DNA of 64,000 nt, from NCBI RefSeq assembly GCF_006345805.1, contig NC_042997.1, forward strand, positions 36,456,001 to 36,520,000, in the 5' to 3' direction. Position numbers and translations under genes: made by a program. Origin of the DNA: Octopus sinensis (Eukaryota). Position 1 is the first letter of the stretch; every line of letters starts with the position of its first letter. This document shows positions 37,164-51,085 of the stretch, in pieces. Below the pieces are notes generated by a model, which saw nothing but the letters and a program-made list of their open reading frames with translations, searched no databases and was not told where the DNA came from.

Positions 37164-38469
37164 TGTATTAACTGTCTTGTTCATTTATAATAATTCGATG
37201 TTTAATTTCAGCGATGTACGTTTTGTCTCTCATCTCACAGTTGCCTATGTAATACGTACTTGTGAGATGCTAAAGAGATAATTGTCTATCCTGTTAACAA
37301 TGCCAGTCGTTAGTCACTCACTTTGACGTTCCAATCTATGGAATAACGAACTCTTCTGTCCGCCTGTGTCCGTTACCGAATATATAGAAATCGAATTCGA
37401 AATACACCTAATATCTTGTCTGGATTATGTTTGTCGTTCACACCGTTAAACATTAATGTCTTGGAAATTTAGCGAGCGAATTATACAATAATTTCGAAAG
37501 CATTTTCCTTATTTAAACGCTCACAGAAATGAATCGCAAAGCTGATTCTTGAAGTTGAAGCAGTTTACTGGAGACCTAAGTGTAGACAAAGAACGAGAAA
37601 GTTGGATCATATTCATTACTGCTCTTGGATTTACGACCCCATTTAAGAGGTACCTGAAGTCTCTACCCCGATGATCCTCTCAGGAATAGTGGACGGAGAC
37701 GATGGGATGGGATTTTCTTTGTTAATCACGTTGTTGTTGCTGTGGTTCTTTTAGTTGTTGACATTATTATGTACTTTCATTTGTGGTTGATGTACTTCTT
37801 GAAGCTCCTCCCAGGCTTTGGCAATATACAAAGTAGTAGTGTTCGTCACGGCGTACAAATATCTAACTCCAAAATTCAAAATTGTTTCCTTATAAAACTA
37901 TTACCACATGATTAGAGGTAGCGCTTGCTACTATTTCTAGTAACAAAGGCAACCAAATGATATTTGCATGAGTGCGTGTTAGTTGTTTGTTTGTGTGGCA
38001 GTGATTGCTTTTGCTTTTGAATTCACGTTTTAGAATGACGAAGCTTATTCATTTAGCATCAAGTGATAGTAATACCATTTGTCGTTATTATTCATTTATT
38101 GTTTTTAATATTATTTTCATTGCTTTTAGCTTTGTTGATGTTTTTGTTACTAGTGTAGCTTTTGCATTCTTCTGCTAGTTGTTATCGACATAGCATTCAA
38201 TAATTCCTCGAGTATTGTTTCTGAGCTGTTGATCGAATTTGAGGAAATAATTCTATGTTTGTATTCTTGTTATTATTTATTTTAATCACTACATTTGTTG
38301 GTGTTGCTATTATTTAAAAATATTTTTTATTATATTATTACTGTTATTATTTCATAAAAAATGTGATATCTCATGTGAAATACTATCGCTTGTTATTCTA
38401 CACGTTATATGCCAACGGTAGTGCAGTACTATTATATTTGATATTTTCATAATGGCAGGTGGCGTGATG

Positions 38470-38524
38470 GTGGTGGTGATTCTTCTTCTTCTTCTTCTTC
38501 TTCTTCTTCTTCTTCTTCTTCTTC

Positions 38525-38564
<40 letters not shown>

Positions 38565-38740
38565 GTTATTGTTATTATTATTGTTATTATTATTATTATT
38601 ATTATTGTTGTTGTTATCATTATACTTTTACTACTACGACTACTACTACTACTACTACTACTACTATCATTATTATTACAGTGTCACAGTCATCGACGTC
38701 GAGGTAATCATCATGATCACGATGATGATGATAATCATTA
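38470..38740. repeat. Compound trinucleotide microsatellite (CTT)n(ATT)n(ACT)n(GAT)n
   Basis: Directly visible. Confidence 0.97.
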
Positions 38741-38779
38741 TTAAATATTATTTTTACTTGTATACTCTGGTGCTGAGTT

Positions 38780-39600
38780 GATCGCCAAGATTGGACGGTT
38801 TGCACGCGGAGTAACATTTCCACTTTTGCTGGAAATATTCGTTCCTCTCTCGGCACTGATTTTCTGCAGCTGGTAACAAGCTGGTAGCATTCCCGGTTGT
38901 ATTAGACAGGGAACAGCGGGAATGCCGAGGAAGGATAAAAAGAAGAGAAGGAGTTGACTGAAAATTTGAAAGACAACTTTATTAAACACAAAGGAAATGA
39001 TTTTAGCAAAATGATTACGGAGAATCTTGCGCTTGCTGCAAGGGTCCGCTTCTGTACGGGTCCGCTTCTGTATGTGTGGGCTCTCGAGCCATTGCTGCGA
39101 AAGCTTGAGAAGTTGGGGGCAACCCTAATGCATTCGGATGCGGTAAGTCTGTCTCTGCTTATGCGGATGACGTCACCTTAATCGTGTCCAATGAAGTGCA
39201 GCTACCTTATGTAAATGGCGCTATCAAAGGATACGATGTGGTGGTAGAGGTAAAAGTTAACAAGGACAAGTCTATCGGATTGCGCGTCAGCAGATGGAGG
39301 AGCAAGTTGATATCATCCAGTGTCGTGTGTCAATAGACACATGGTCCAGTCAAGTTGCTTGAAGTTTGGTTAGGACAGGACAACCATACGGAGAAGAATT
39401 AGGGCTAGGTGCGAGACAATATGTAAGCCTTAGTACGGACAGCAGATGAGTAAAATGCTTTAACGGCGGAGAGACTGACAAAAAGATCACATGCGGTACC
39501 GGAATGTACAGTGCGGACAGCAGATGAGTAAAATGCTTTAACTGCGGAGAGACTGACAAAAAGATCACATGCGGTACCAGAATGTACAGCATGAAAACTT
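38780..39600 (+). mobile_element. Tx1-like LINE RT fragment with internal deletion and a 78-bp tandem duplication
   Basis: SPRLDGL, TLLNTKEMILAK, PLLYVWALEPLLRKLE, AYADDVTLIVS, KVNKDKSIGL; duplicated unit ~39433-39590. Confidence 0.88.
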
Positions 39601-39926
39601 ATAAAAAAAAAAGGCATGTTAAATGCAATCAAATAAAAATTCCCTTTCAGAAATTCACGAGCGTTAATCGAGGATTATTCACAAAAGCGAGTTTATTCTA
39701 ACCACTCAGGCACGTGTCTTCGCTTGTTCCCAGTTTTCCATTACAGGCATTTAGTGAGATAAAGTCCGTTCACCCGGAACTTGCTCGCAACTCTCCTCCT
39801 CGTTTAAATACATGTGAGAAGCAGGCAACTCCAGCTCTGCCTTGATTTTCTTTTTCAAATGAAAATTTCAGAAATTGATGACAATTTCGCCAAATAAGAT
39901 GTTTACCTTCAGTTCGTTTCCTACTC

Positions 39927-39968
<42 letters not shown>

Positions 39969-41759
39969 TGCTTCTTTAATCGTATAATCACCTACCCCAC
40001 TAAAACTCTCACCACGGTTTCAAGACAGATGAAAATATATTTGCCTTCTAAGCCAAGGAAAATCGTCAGGGACGAGTTTTAAATTTTTTTCAGTTGATAA
40101 CTAAATCAGCAGGTATTCGGCATAAGTCAGCACTGCTCGGGAACTTGACAAGTACTTTCAGAAAGGATTTGATCTCATTCGCACATCTCGGGCAAAGCAG
40201 GGTTATATCAATTCAGTGTCTGCCGTGCAGATAGAAACAAATGACAGCTGATACTGCCTGGATAAGTGCAAAAAGTATGACAATATAGCAGATTTATGAA
40301 TCTATGAGTCATAGAGAATATATCGGTTAGGACTTGTGAGTATAGAATTTATAGTGAAACTTGATAAAATTTAAAGCAATACGACAGCAAGGAATCATGT
40401 TATGGAGAACAAATATACTCTTAGCCACTTTATATGAATACATTAAGAATGAGCAAAATGATCCCCCGTAAATAATTTTTTGAAACCATTGTAAACGTTT
40501 TCTATTCGAAAAAAAAAACTCGTTAAAAATTTGGAAGTAAATAAGGCGCCGATTAAATAAGTAACGTTTAGAAATCCGTGTTTGTGAACGAAGCTAAATA
40601 TAGCATAATATTTCAGCTTAATTCTCTTTGAAAAATGGCAATCTTGATATATTTCCGAAACCATGAATATTAAAGATATTAAAGCTAATTATAACGGTGA
40701 TGAATTGCAAGAACAGTTGCAAGAGATTTACGTTTATGCCAAACCATAGAGCCATACAGTTTCAAACGCCATTAGGAGTCATTTACCTCAAATAGGTCAT
40801 TACCGCCTCTTTGAAAGCAGAAACTTCAAAACATTTTAAATTCTCATTTCGGTGAAAATTGAAATAAAAAGGAGCTTTATATTTAAGTAAAATAATATGA
40901 GGTGGAAGACGGTGGTGTTAACAACATAAAGAGAAGAGAGATAATGTGTTAAATACATTTCAGTATTTAGTTGTCTTTCTATGTTTTATATTTAAACCGC
41001 TACTATAATTTATCACACAATGTGATTCAGAAAATTAGTCCGAATAATCCAGAGCACATCTTTCGTTCAAAATGCGTGTCCGAGTATCAAAAATATATAT
41101 CGTCCCATTTGATTTCACCATTAAAATGTAAGTATATTAGAACTTATATTCTCCAAACCAAATAACCTGCGATTAGCTTTTCGATCATGAAAGGACTTGT
41201 AATGGATTTTTGTGAAAGTCGAATATGTACGTATAATACACTAATATCCTCTTTCTATAGAGATATTATGCTTTGTGTTTAGTTAATGCAAAGATGACAA
41301 TGGGAACCTTATAAAGAGATGAAAGAGCACAATGCATTATGTACACTTTTGAATACGATAACAATGGACATGATATCACTAGAGTTCATTTCATAAGGAC
41401 TAGAGTTCAAAGAAATGCTAACCCATTTCTTCCTAAGAAACGTTGAATAGTAGGCAGTCCCTATTGAATGTAAGGTACACAAAGGGGAACTTCAGCATTG
41501 AATTCTTACTGCTGTAGCATCAAGAGTTAGCGCACTAGGTGTATTTGAAACCAGAATCCGCGGGATCCGATCAAAATGTTTAACTTTTTCTTACTTGAAC
41601 ATTTCCAAGGCACATACAACAAGAGAGATAGTTTTGTTTTTTAATTGCCACGTTTTAGGTATTTCAACGGGAAGGTCCTTATCTTTCGACAGTAATTCAA
41701 ATTCCTTTCCTGAGGGAAGTTAAGCTCTCTATTTATAATACCTCCTTGAGTGAAATTTC

Positions 41760-42275
41760 TTATTCTCTTCGTGTTGCTTTACCAGCAGTATCATCCAATT
41801 GGCGTTACTTTGAATGTTACATGAAGTCTTATCGTGGTCTTTTATAGGACCTTTCAAGCCGGAATTAAGCTTCTACCGTCTTCCTTTAGTGGGAGATACA
41901 GCCTATGAACTTCTGATATTTGCTGGTGCATCCTATTCAGTGTCAGCAGTTTCCTCGATGTGAGGATCATGTAGGTGGTGCTGAGACATTGTATTGGTCG
42001 GTAGTTCTTCGGATTTATCGTGTCTTCAGCTTTTTGGTAGGAGGTATATTTTTCCTTCTGACAGCCTGGTAGGTATTTGCTCTGGGTTCTGGATGAGATG
42101 AGTTAGAGATGCAACAAAATGCTGGTGTACTTCTGTCAAACAATTCTGTCAAACTCGTCTGGTTTACAGTTTCTGAGACTTTCTAGGAATACATCTTACC
42201 CCTTCTACACCTATTGCCTCCCATTTCTGCTCCTCGACTTCAACAGGTCTCACTTTCTCAGGTTCTATCCAGGGA
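41760..42275 (-). mobile_element. R4/Dong-clade LINE fragment (RT domains 0-2 joined to post-RT region)
   Basis: HLIQNPEQIPTRLSEGKIYLLPK, NPKNYRPIQCLSTTYMILTS, then RMHQQISEVHRLYLPLKEDGRSLI. Confidence 0.82.
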
Positions 42276-42279
42276 GCTT

Positions 42280-42465
42280 CATTCTTCTTCTTCTTCTTCT
42301 TCTTCTTCTTCTTCTTCTTCTTCTTCTTCTTCTTCTTCTTCTTCTTCTTCTTCTTCTTTTTCTCCTTCTTCTTCGTCTTTTTCTTCTTCTACTTCTTCTA
42401 TCATCATCATCATCAACATTATTATTATTATTATTATTAATTATTTTTATTATTATTGAGTGAGC
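42280..42465. repeat. (CTT)n(CAT)n(ATT)n microsatellite
   Basis: Directly visible. Confidence 0.97.
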
Positions 42466-43011
42466 GAGCAGTTCATGCCATCAAAGTAACACTGGGGTAA
42501 AATATACGAAGCCCAGCATACCCATCATGACTACCCGTCTGATAAAGGTACACCAGGCACATGCATCACAACCATATGTGCGCGACATGGTGATCTCATA
42601 TCAAGATAAACAGCACATGACCTTGCAGGTGGAGCCCAGTTAGAATTTTCTTCAGATCGAGTAACCCATCCCGCTCAAAAGGTCCCTGAATAAGGGTGGT
42701 TTAAGGACGTTGAACGAAACACCCATGTTTCCAGAGGTGAATTATTCAAACCCCAAAGAATCCTTCTCAACACATGGCTATGATGCTCCCCCACTACTTC
42801 TGCTCGTGATCAGAGATGCACATATCGTCAGCCACTAAGGGACATGCTCAACCGGTTAAGGTCAAACAACTGACAAGCAAAACTGTGGTATTGAGCAGAA
42901 TATTTGCTGTAGTCCATCTTTTATACCAAGACAAAACAATGTACATGATAACACTTCCAATCAGTTAAGATCAGAAGCCATGAGAGCCACTGCCTGGTAC
43001 TGCATCAGATC

Positions 43012-43015
<4 letters not shown>
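42466..43015 (-). mobile_element. ~550-bp non-coding retroelement-like segment flanked by (AAT)n (non-autonomous element or LINE UTR)
   Basis: Complex sequence, no long ORF or clear tRNA head; on the minus strand it ends in ...ctcactc(aat)n and lies between two Dong copies. Confidence 0.5.
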
Positions 43016-43061
<46 letters not shown>

Positions 43062-43062
<1 letters not shown>

Positions 43063-43297
43063 CCTATGTTTGACTTTTACTTTACAATTGTACAAGTTGG
43101 TTCCAAGTCTCACCCAGAGACCTCAAGAGACACCAAGATGGAAGTTCAAGTTGGTGTTATAAATAGGGTGCCATATATTTGGTTTAGTACTTAGCGTTGT
43201 ACTAGTGAATGTTTAAGAAACCATAAGAAAATTATGTTTGTTTTAAAACCTCAGAATACATAGAAAGTATTTTGCGTAGGAAATGGAGTTTTACGTT

Positions 43298-43349
<52 letters not shown>

Positions 43350-44880
43350 ATTTTACATTAATTTTATATCATTGTATTGGCACATGGTTTACAGTTTCAC
43401 TTCTGGAAGTTCACTTGGTACACTGAAACTAAAACAGCTGAGCAAGCTGGTTTATTTTTACTTTTGAATCTCTGCCATTTTGGGGTTTCCTGGTATCTGA
43501 GTTAGGTCGCAATTAGCCCCTTTGCTATCATTCCCAGGTGACCTATGACAACAAGTATTGCTTTAGTCTTCAGGTTCCACATTTTGCTGATTTCTATTTC
43601 AAGATCTTTATATTTGCTCAGTTTTTGGTAGGTCTTGACAGATACGTTTATATCGATTGGGACAGTTATATTAAAGTGGGGGCATCATTTTGGTCTGAGG
43701 TCTTTCAATATGATATCTGGCCTATTCGCATCTATCTTTCTGTCAGTTTGAATGGTGAAGTTCCAGAGGAGTGAGATGTGATCATTTTCAAGCGCTGGAG
43801 GTGGTTTGTGTTCCCACCAGTTTTAATCATGGGGCAAGTCCAGGCTTTTGCTAATTACCCAGTGGATATATTGTGCAGCTCTATCATGCCTTTTGTGATA
43901 CTCTGTAGGCGCAAGAAGACTGCACTTGGAGACAACATGATCAATGGTTTCATTTTGTTGTTGACATACACGTCATGTTGAGCTACTGCCGTTCTTTAAT
44001 ATGTTGGCCTGGTAGTTCCTTACAGGTAGGCATTGATCTTGAGCTGCTATGATAAACCCTTGAGTTTCAGATTTTAAGCCAGAGGCCATTGGCCATTGAT
44101 GGGTCAGGGCTTTGTCAACATCGGCATTATTCGCTCCCTTTGGGTATTTGCCATTGAAGGTTTTTCTTGCCATTTATCAGTCAGAATATCTAAGACAGCC
44201 GTTTTAGCACGGGTTTTCATGCATTTAACTTTTTCTGTGCTTGTTTCTTTTATGTATAATTCCGAAATTTGCTGTATTATGAATTCACTTAGATGTTCCT
44301 TTGCCTGTTTTTTTACTGAGTATGATGTTTTCTTGTTTTCGTGCTTCAAAAGAAGTTTTAACATTCAGTCTTCAGAGTTTTTCAGATAGGTGTGGAGGCC
44401 AATTGTGGCAATCCTCATTGTTAATTCCATTTGTAAAAGTCCACGGCCTCCCTCTTTTCTTGGCAGATAAAGTCGTTTTATATCTGCCTTAGCGTGGTGC
44501 ATTCTATGAATTCTCAACATTGTCGTCTTTTTCTTTCAAGATTACATATTTCAGTAATTGACCGGATAATAATATCACGATTGGTATGGCTAAAGCGTTG
44601 ATTGCTTCGATCCTGTTTCTTGCATTCAGCTCTGTCTTGAGTATTGCACTTACCCTGCAATAATATTCTTTCCTGATCCTTTCATTTATAATTGACTCTC
44701 TGAATCAATCACCTTCAAATACGCCTAGGCATTTGTAGCATTCCGCTGGTTGTAGTTCCTTTATAACATTCTGTAAGTCAATATTAACGTTGGATGTTTC
44801 TATCATTTTTCTTTGCTAAATGTAGCTTTTACACATTTATCGAGACCATATTTCATTTTGATGTCATCATTGAATAGTTC
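43062..44880 (-). mobile_element. R4/Dong-clade LINE, 5'-truncated 3' part (end of RT, CCHC, restriction-like endonuclease, 3' UTR, AAT tail)
   Basis: DDIKMKYGLDKC, KTELNARNRIEAINALAIP, GFIIAAQDQCL, TDRKIDANRPDIIL, KYKDLEIEISKMW; 3' UTR runs into (AAT)n at 43015-43062. Confidence 0.92.
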
Positions 44881-44891
44881 GTATATATATA

Positions 44892-44929
<38 letters not shown>

Positions 44930-44931
<2 letters not shown>

Positions 44932-46770
44932 TTTTTGAAATGGCTGAACAGTTCCCAAACATAAATGGAGATCAATATCGTGATAACTGTTTACTTTACC
45001 TTCAAGATTTGTCCGACCAAAAAGTAATATAAGTTAAGAATAGTGAAGTTTTTCCGTAGAATGAGTTTAAGCAACGTTTTTGATGATGATTCAAAGAAGG
45101 TCATCTTTTTAGATATTAAACTTAACTTGCACAATAATTCGTACTTCCCATACCACAAACCATCGACCAATCTTAAGTATATTAGCAAGTTCATTAATCA
45201 TTTAGGGCAATTACTAGGAACTTAGTTAAGAATATTTCATTTAGATTGTCTATGTTATCTGCTAAAGTTGACATTTTCAAGGATAAGGCCGAATTTTATA
45301 ACTCTGCCTTACAAGTTATACAGAGAAAGTTTACTACATTAATTCCATTCAATCTTATTCTACCTTTACTAATGGAGATATGAAATCTAGTTGTAAGGTT
45401 ATAAACGATATCAATTTTAATTTATATGGCAACAACAAGCAGATAAAGGGAGATAACCCTTAATTAATCCCTCCTATTTTCGTTCTAAAGGTAAATTTAA
45501 GTCTTTCAAAGATAGTTACACTAAAAATAAGGTTAGTTATTGGTTAATTATTCCTTATGGGAGGAATTAAATATAATCTTCCTTTGCAGTCTCGTGAAGC
45601 TGTTATTAGGAATTTTCCAAAGAAATCTGGGTATTACTCTATAATCACCTCACACACGGTTAGGTTTGTTTTTTCCAACACAATAGATCTCTTACAAATT
45701 ATCTCTTCACATAATATTTGCCTGTTAAATAGTGATACATTTACTAATACTAACATTAATTTAGCTAATACCATCAATCTCCCTAGAAATATTAATAGCA
45801 ATATTATTGCATCTGAAGTCAATTACAACAGAATCAAGTTTATGTCAACTCTAAACTTAAAAATTTTATATACCAGTGTAAAATTACATCTGGTAATGAC
45901 CTATTTTTTATATGGGCAGCTAATCTTCTCAGATATCTAAAATAATTCCTAATCATTATTCTACATTTAAGGATAGGAATAAATGTAACAGTACGGGCCT
46001 TAATAAATTAATCTGATATCTAAAAGACCACAATAAACAATTTAATTTAGATTGGTTGATTCCCTGGATTTCGATACCTTATGATAAAGGCCAGGAATTC
46101 GGTATTCTCTGTAATTCCGAACTATTTTGTATTCTTTTTTCTAAAGATCCCCTTGTAAATACGGTTATAGAGCGTGCATACCGATGTAAATATTGGCAGA
46201 AACACACCTTTAATTCATATTAGTGACATCTATCATTATATATAATTTAGATTTTAATTTTCTTGTTACATTTCACATTCACTAGATATATCTTTGTCCA
46301 AGTCTATATGGTTTTCTTTAATATATATATCGTCATATACTGCCCATTTATGTGTTTTTTCCTTCCTTTACCCCTTATCTTTCTATAGGTGACCTTGACG
46401 CTATATAATCTAACGTTTTTTAAAACAAAAGCGTTCAGTTAATCAATATACATATCCATCATCTTCTGTTAAAATGTCTTATTGACGAGTTTCATTTCTT
46501 CATTTCCTTGAAGAGAAGATTACGTCGTTTTACACCATTTTATCCCTTTGGAATAATACCAGTCATATCATCGAAAGATGTGTTGGAACATGTACGTTTA
46601 ACTTAAATTTATTTATATATATTATACAAAATATTTCGCGTGAACCCGGAGTATCTACCTTTACAATCAAGGAGTTACATCCATTTCAATTGTGTGATTT
46701 TTTGTTACCCTGGTAACTATGTATCTATCTTTCCATGTTAGTTGCTAACAAGGGGAAAATACACACATCT
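44930..46770 (+). mobile_element. Penelope-like element: RT C-terminus, linker, partial GIY-YIG, terminus with hammerhead remnant
   Basis: DQYRDNCL (YRDD-like), VIFLDIKLNL...PYHKP, NISFRLSMLS, IISSHN, IPYDKG..LCNSE; TTGAAGA...GAAAG-atgt-GTT at 46508-46584. Confidence 0.82.
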
Positions 46771-46782
46771 ATCCATCTATCC

Positions 46783-46847
<65 letters not shown>

Positions 46848-47029
46848 CATATATATATATATATATATATATATAAGTGGGAGGTAAATTAAGAAGAAAA
46901 ATAGGCGAAAATGCACATTTGAAATCAAAAAGGTAAAGGATTTTTATGAAAGATAACGATAGATATATACAAGTAGATGAACTGAGGTAGGAATAAAAGT
47001 AATAAAAGTCATTATTTTGAATTGTTAAA

Positions 47030-47735
47030 GAGATTCAAAAGCCTACCGGTTTCCTAAATTTACTAATCATTGCTTTGAGTGCACACCGATTAATGAACGG
47101 TGTCAGGTCTACTAGTTCCTAAGTAAAAAAATTATGTGTATGGGGAGTAAGTTGTTCTGGATTTGGTGGAATTAGGGTAGATATAGATTTGTAATCTGAA
47201 TGGTGTATGGGATGCATGGGTGTTAGTGGTATTAATTGAAAACTTAGTAGTGTTCTGTATTATGTTATATGTTCATATTGATTTGGGGAACTTATTTATT
47301 GATGAAAGTAGCCTCTTTATTCATTCTTTGTTGTACTGAGGTATTCTGTGAACATTGATAGAAGGGGAAAATTAGGAAATTAGGATGAAGATTCCTAGCA
47401 AACCTTTTTATGTGTTCACTCACCTGTATCTGACTGTATTGTGGATGACGGATTTGTTCTTTGTGGAAAGTGGTTCTACGACGGTGTGATATTCCTGTTT
47501 GGCCAATACATTCATTACCACACCCTAAGCACGTAATGGGATAGATTAGATTTTCCGAGAAACATGAAATTTGATTTCTTCTTACATATTTCACGTTGCT
47601 TAAAGTGGAATTCTGAACCCTCCAAAAGGTGGGGCATGTACCACAGTTAGGTCGACCACATTTTGGTTCTGTTGTTAATTGATATAGACTTGCGCTTGTT
47701 GATATTTATTCAGGGATTTAGGTTGCATTTTGCTT
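47030..47735 (-). mobile_element. Penelope-like element 3' part (GIY-YIG endonuclease plus terminus)
   Basis: QPKSL, KCGRPNCGTCP, NLIYPITCLGCGNECIGQTG, HKEQIRHPQY, FLIFPFY...EATFINK; GAAAC-CG-GTA-ggcttt at 47038-47055. Confidence 0.9.
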
Positions 47736-47739
47736 TTGA

Positions 47740-49300
47740 TATCTATCACGTGTTGATGCTTGGTATCTTTGCACTTACGCTTTCAACCCATCTGGTCATG
47801 TGGTAGGACTCCATTTTCCCCCAGATGTTTGCACATTAACTCATCGAGTATTCCAATCAATAACTTTCACATAATTGGTAAACAAAATATCGGCCGGTAA
47901 TTCTCTACGATATTGCCTTTTTCGATGTTTTTCAGGCACAGCACTGCACTACCCGATGTCAACCACTCTGGTGTTAATTGGTCGGCATTTAAGAAGGTGT
48001 TGCGTTACACAGCTGTTCATGCATGACATTCACCAAACCAGTAGCCTTGAACTCTAACTGGTCCCGGGGCCTTCCTGTAGCACATATTTTTTTTGCTGAT
48101 TTCTTTCACTTCCCTAACTGAACTGACTGCAAGCATTCAGCAACCTTCTTGTGCTCCTTGTCTTTGCTCCAGATGTCACTCCAAAACCTTTAACATTCAA
48201 TGTTATCTGGAATCAACTTTTCATTTGTACACTCTTCATTTACTTCTTTATAGAGTGTCTTCTGAGCTACCCTGAATAACCTATTCTGGTGGTAACCCTT
48301 CATTCAGTCGTATCTAACTATCTTTGCTATATTTGCAACGAGGTGCTATTTCAATTCCTCCATTACTACTTTCAGGCATTTTCTTTCAATATTATACTTC
48401 TTTTTCAGCCTCCTCTATTCTTGTTTGCTTTTAAGTTCCCCATTCTCCTTTAGGTCTAACACAGATATTTTCTTCGAGACCATATCTAACCCTCCCTGTA
48501 TCCTTCTTTTCCTTTTGTTATTCCCATTATGTTTCTTCTTCTTGACATCAACACCCACGTTTTCTGCTACAACAATATGTGCTGCCTTGATCAAATTATC
48601 TGTTTCTGTGATGTTGTTTCTTCTGATGTATTTCAGAATTTCATTGATAGTTTTCGTTTCTTGGTTCAATTTCCATCGATAAACTTTTGAAGGTTGCAAA
48701 TAAAGTCGACATCGTTCTCCTGTAGTCTTGCCTTTATTCTGTCGAATATTGTCTTTTGTTCATCTGTCATGTCGCCATTAGTTTTATTGTCTTCCTTTAA
48801 ATCATCTATATGTCTCTCATCAAGTAAACTACTACTGCTCTTTTCCTGTGCTATGGAATTAGTCTTATTAATTACAACTGTATTTTCATTGTTATCTCTG
48901 TTGCTATTTTCCATGACACGTCTCTTATTAACTTCGGTCTCTATTTCTGTGAACCAGTATTTTTTTCTTATTGCTCTAACTTGATCACATAGTCTCTCTT
49001 TCGTGAGTTGAAACATTCCCTTTTCTCACCATTGATCATACATATGTTATCGGAAACACCTAATTTGCGCACCATTTTCATCTAGCGGACTTTTCATGAC
49101 CACATCATTAATTTGCTTGCTCCATCTACACTGCGTGTGGTGGTCCCTTTCTGGATATCGACAGGCTGGAGTCGGACCAGAATATCTGAGTCTACCAGGT
49201 GTAACAATGTCACCATCATTGGCTTCAGTTTCATTACCACCGTTATTCACAATATTTTCTTCTTTCATTATCACTTATATGAGGTAGTGATTATCAGGTT
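47740..49300 (-). mobile_element. R4/Dong-clade LINE, N-terminal part through RT domain 3
   Basis: LCDQVRAIRKKYWF, NITETDNLIKAA, RFWSDIWSK, KAPGP..VQGYW, PEWLTSG, NYRPIFCLP, KDTKHQHVID. Confidence 0.88.
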
Positions 49301-50224
49301 GTGCCATTACCAATGTTTTTATTGTGACACCATCACTAGATGTAAACATCTTTTTTACTGAAAACGCACCACAATTTTTTCTGAACGGACATACAAACGA
49401 ACACCTAAAAACATTTAGAATCTTAAGTTTCTCCAATTTTCTGTGAACATTTTTTCTTTCCATCTCCCATGACTAACAGAATATGTAAACATGACTTTCA
49501 TTTTAACAACATAATTAGATGCACGACAAAAAATTAAGGAAGTAAGCACCTGCAACTATACACATGCTGCACAATTACAAAGACTGTAAACTACTCAAAA
49601 CTTTTAAAAAGTAAAGAAAAATTCTAGGAGAAAAATTCCAAAAGAAAATTAAAAGAAATTCAGAAATTCAAAAATCCAACAAGATGAACATCACATCCTC
49701 TTACTATACCCAAAGACTGGAATATCTACAATATCCTGTGAATATTTTAAACCTCCCTCAAATTAAAATAAGGTACGCAACGTACATACCTACAGCTTTC
49801 AAACACACCAACAATCAGTTTTCTTAAAAAAAACTTTAATATCTACAACTACTGTGTGAATACCTATCCTTTTCTTTCTCCCTGAGTATTCGAAAATGTA
49901 AACATCATCCTATTTTCTATTCTAAGAACACCATGTTTTCTCTCTGTGCTGTTATAAAAAAGACCATATTTAGTAAATCTTAAAACTTTACTACCTACAA
50001 CTTGTTTTCTTTTAGTTTTGACTCTCCCTGAGTATTTAAAAATATAAACGTCCTTTTCATTACTAAAGACCTACGATATTCTCCACCTGGATAGCAAACG
50101 AACATCTCAAGGAAACTTAAAAACTTTAATATATTATCCAAGTACGTAAACACACCTTTTATTGCAACAGCACAACACAATAATTTAATCCAGAAATTCA
50201 AAATATTCAAGAACGTGAATATCA

Positions 50225-50273
<49 letters not shown>

Positions 50274-50811
50274 CGTGTGTGTGTATGTATGTATGTATGT
50301 GTGTGTGTCTTTGCTTTGTGTGTATTATTGTTTTTCTACCAGTAATTACAAATGGAACAGGTTTAATTGCTTATTTTCAAGGCACCGATTAATGTAGCCA
50401 CTGGTAGTAGTAAACACATTTGAGCTCTGCTGACCCAAAGGGAGCAAGATTATTTTGTCTCCATGGCTGACCTCCCCACCATCTGCTGAATCTGTTTATA
50501 GAACTGTAGAATATGGTCTATTCACCAAACTGCTACCCAACTATTTCCCCCCAACAACCACATATTTATAATTATCTCAAGTACAAAATTAAAAAATAAA
50601 GAACGATTAGTAAAATCTTTTATTAATAAATGGAAATAGTTATAATGATAAAAATGGTTGTGGTAGTGATGGTGATAATAATAATAATAATAATAATAAT
50701 AAAAGGAAACTGTTGGAGCCACCCAATGGACTTATAATTATTATTATTGTTGTTGTTGTTATTATTGTTTTGGTGTCGTTTTTGTTGGTAATGTTGTTTT
50801 TGTAATTACTA

Positions 50812-51023
50812 TTAAGATGTTCAGTTGGCAGAATCGTTATCGGGCTGGACGAAATGTTTAGCAGTATTTCACCGTCGGTATGTTCCAAGTTCAATTTAGC
50901 CGAGGTAGACTTTGCCTTTCATCCTTTTGTGATCGAAAAATTAAATACCAGGTACGTTTTGGGGCCGATCTAATCGAGTGGCCCCTTCCCCAAATTTCTG
51001 ACGTTGTGCTTATAGTAGAAAGG

Positions 51024-51055
<32 letters not shown>

Positions 51056-51085
51056 CATTATTATTATTATTATTATTATTCCTTC
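50812..51085 (+). mobile_element. SINE family A with (ATT)n tail
   Basis: ttggcagaatcgtt...gactttgcctttcatcc...tatagtagaaaggattattatt. Confidence 0.8.

Noticed and set aside
38452-38781. Poly-Leu 'transmembrane' ORFs (also 42119-42463)
   Set aside because: (CTT)n/(ATT)n microsatellites
40094-40234. 46-codon open frame after tttttttcag|
   Set aside because: No homology or convincing donor; expected frequency by chance
44880-47740. Idea that 47740-49300 and 43062-44880 are halves of one Dong split by Penelope insertions
   Set aside because: The RT styles suggest different subfamilies and several hundred bp of RT core are missing; not excluded without a consensus alignment
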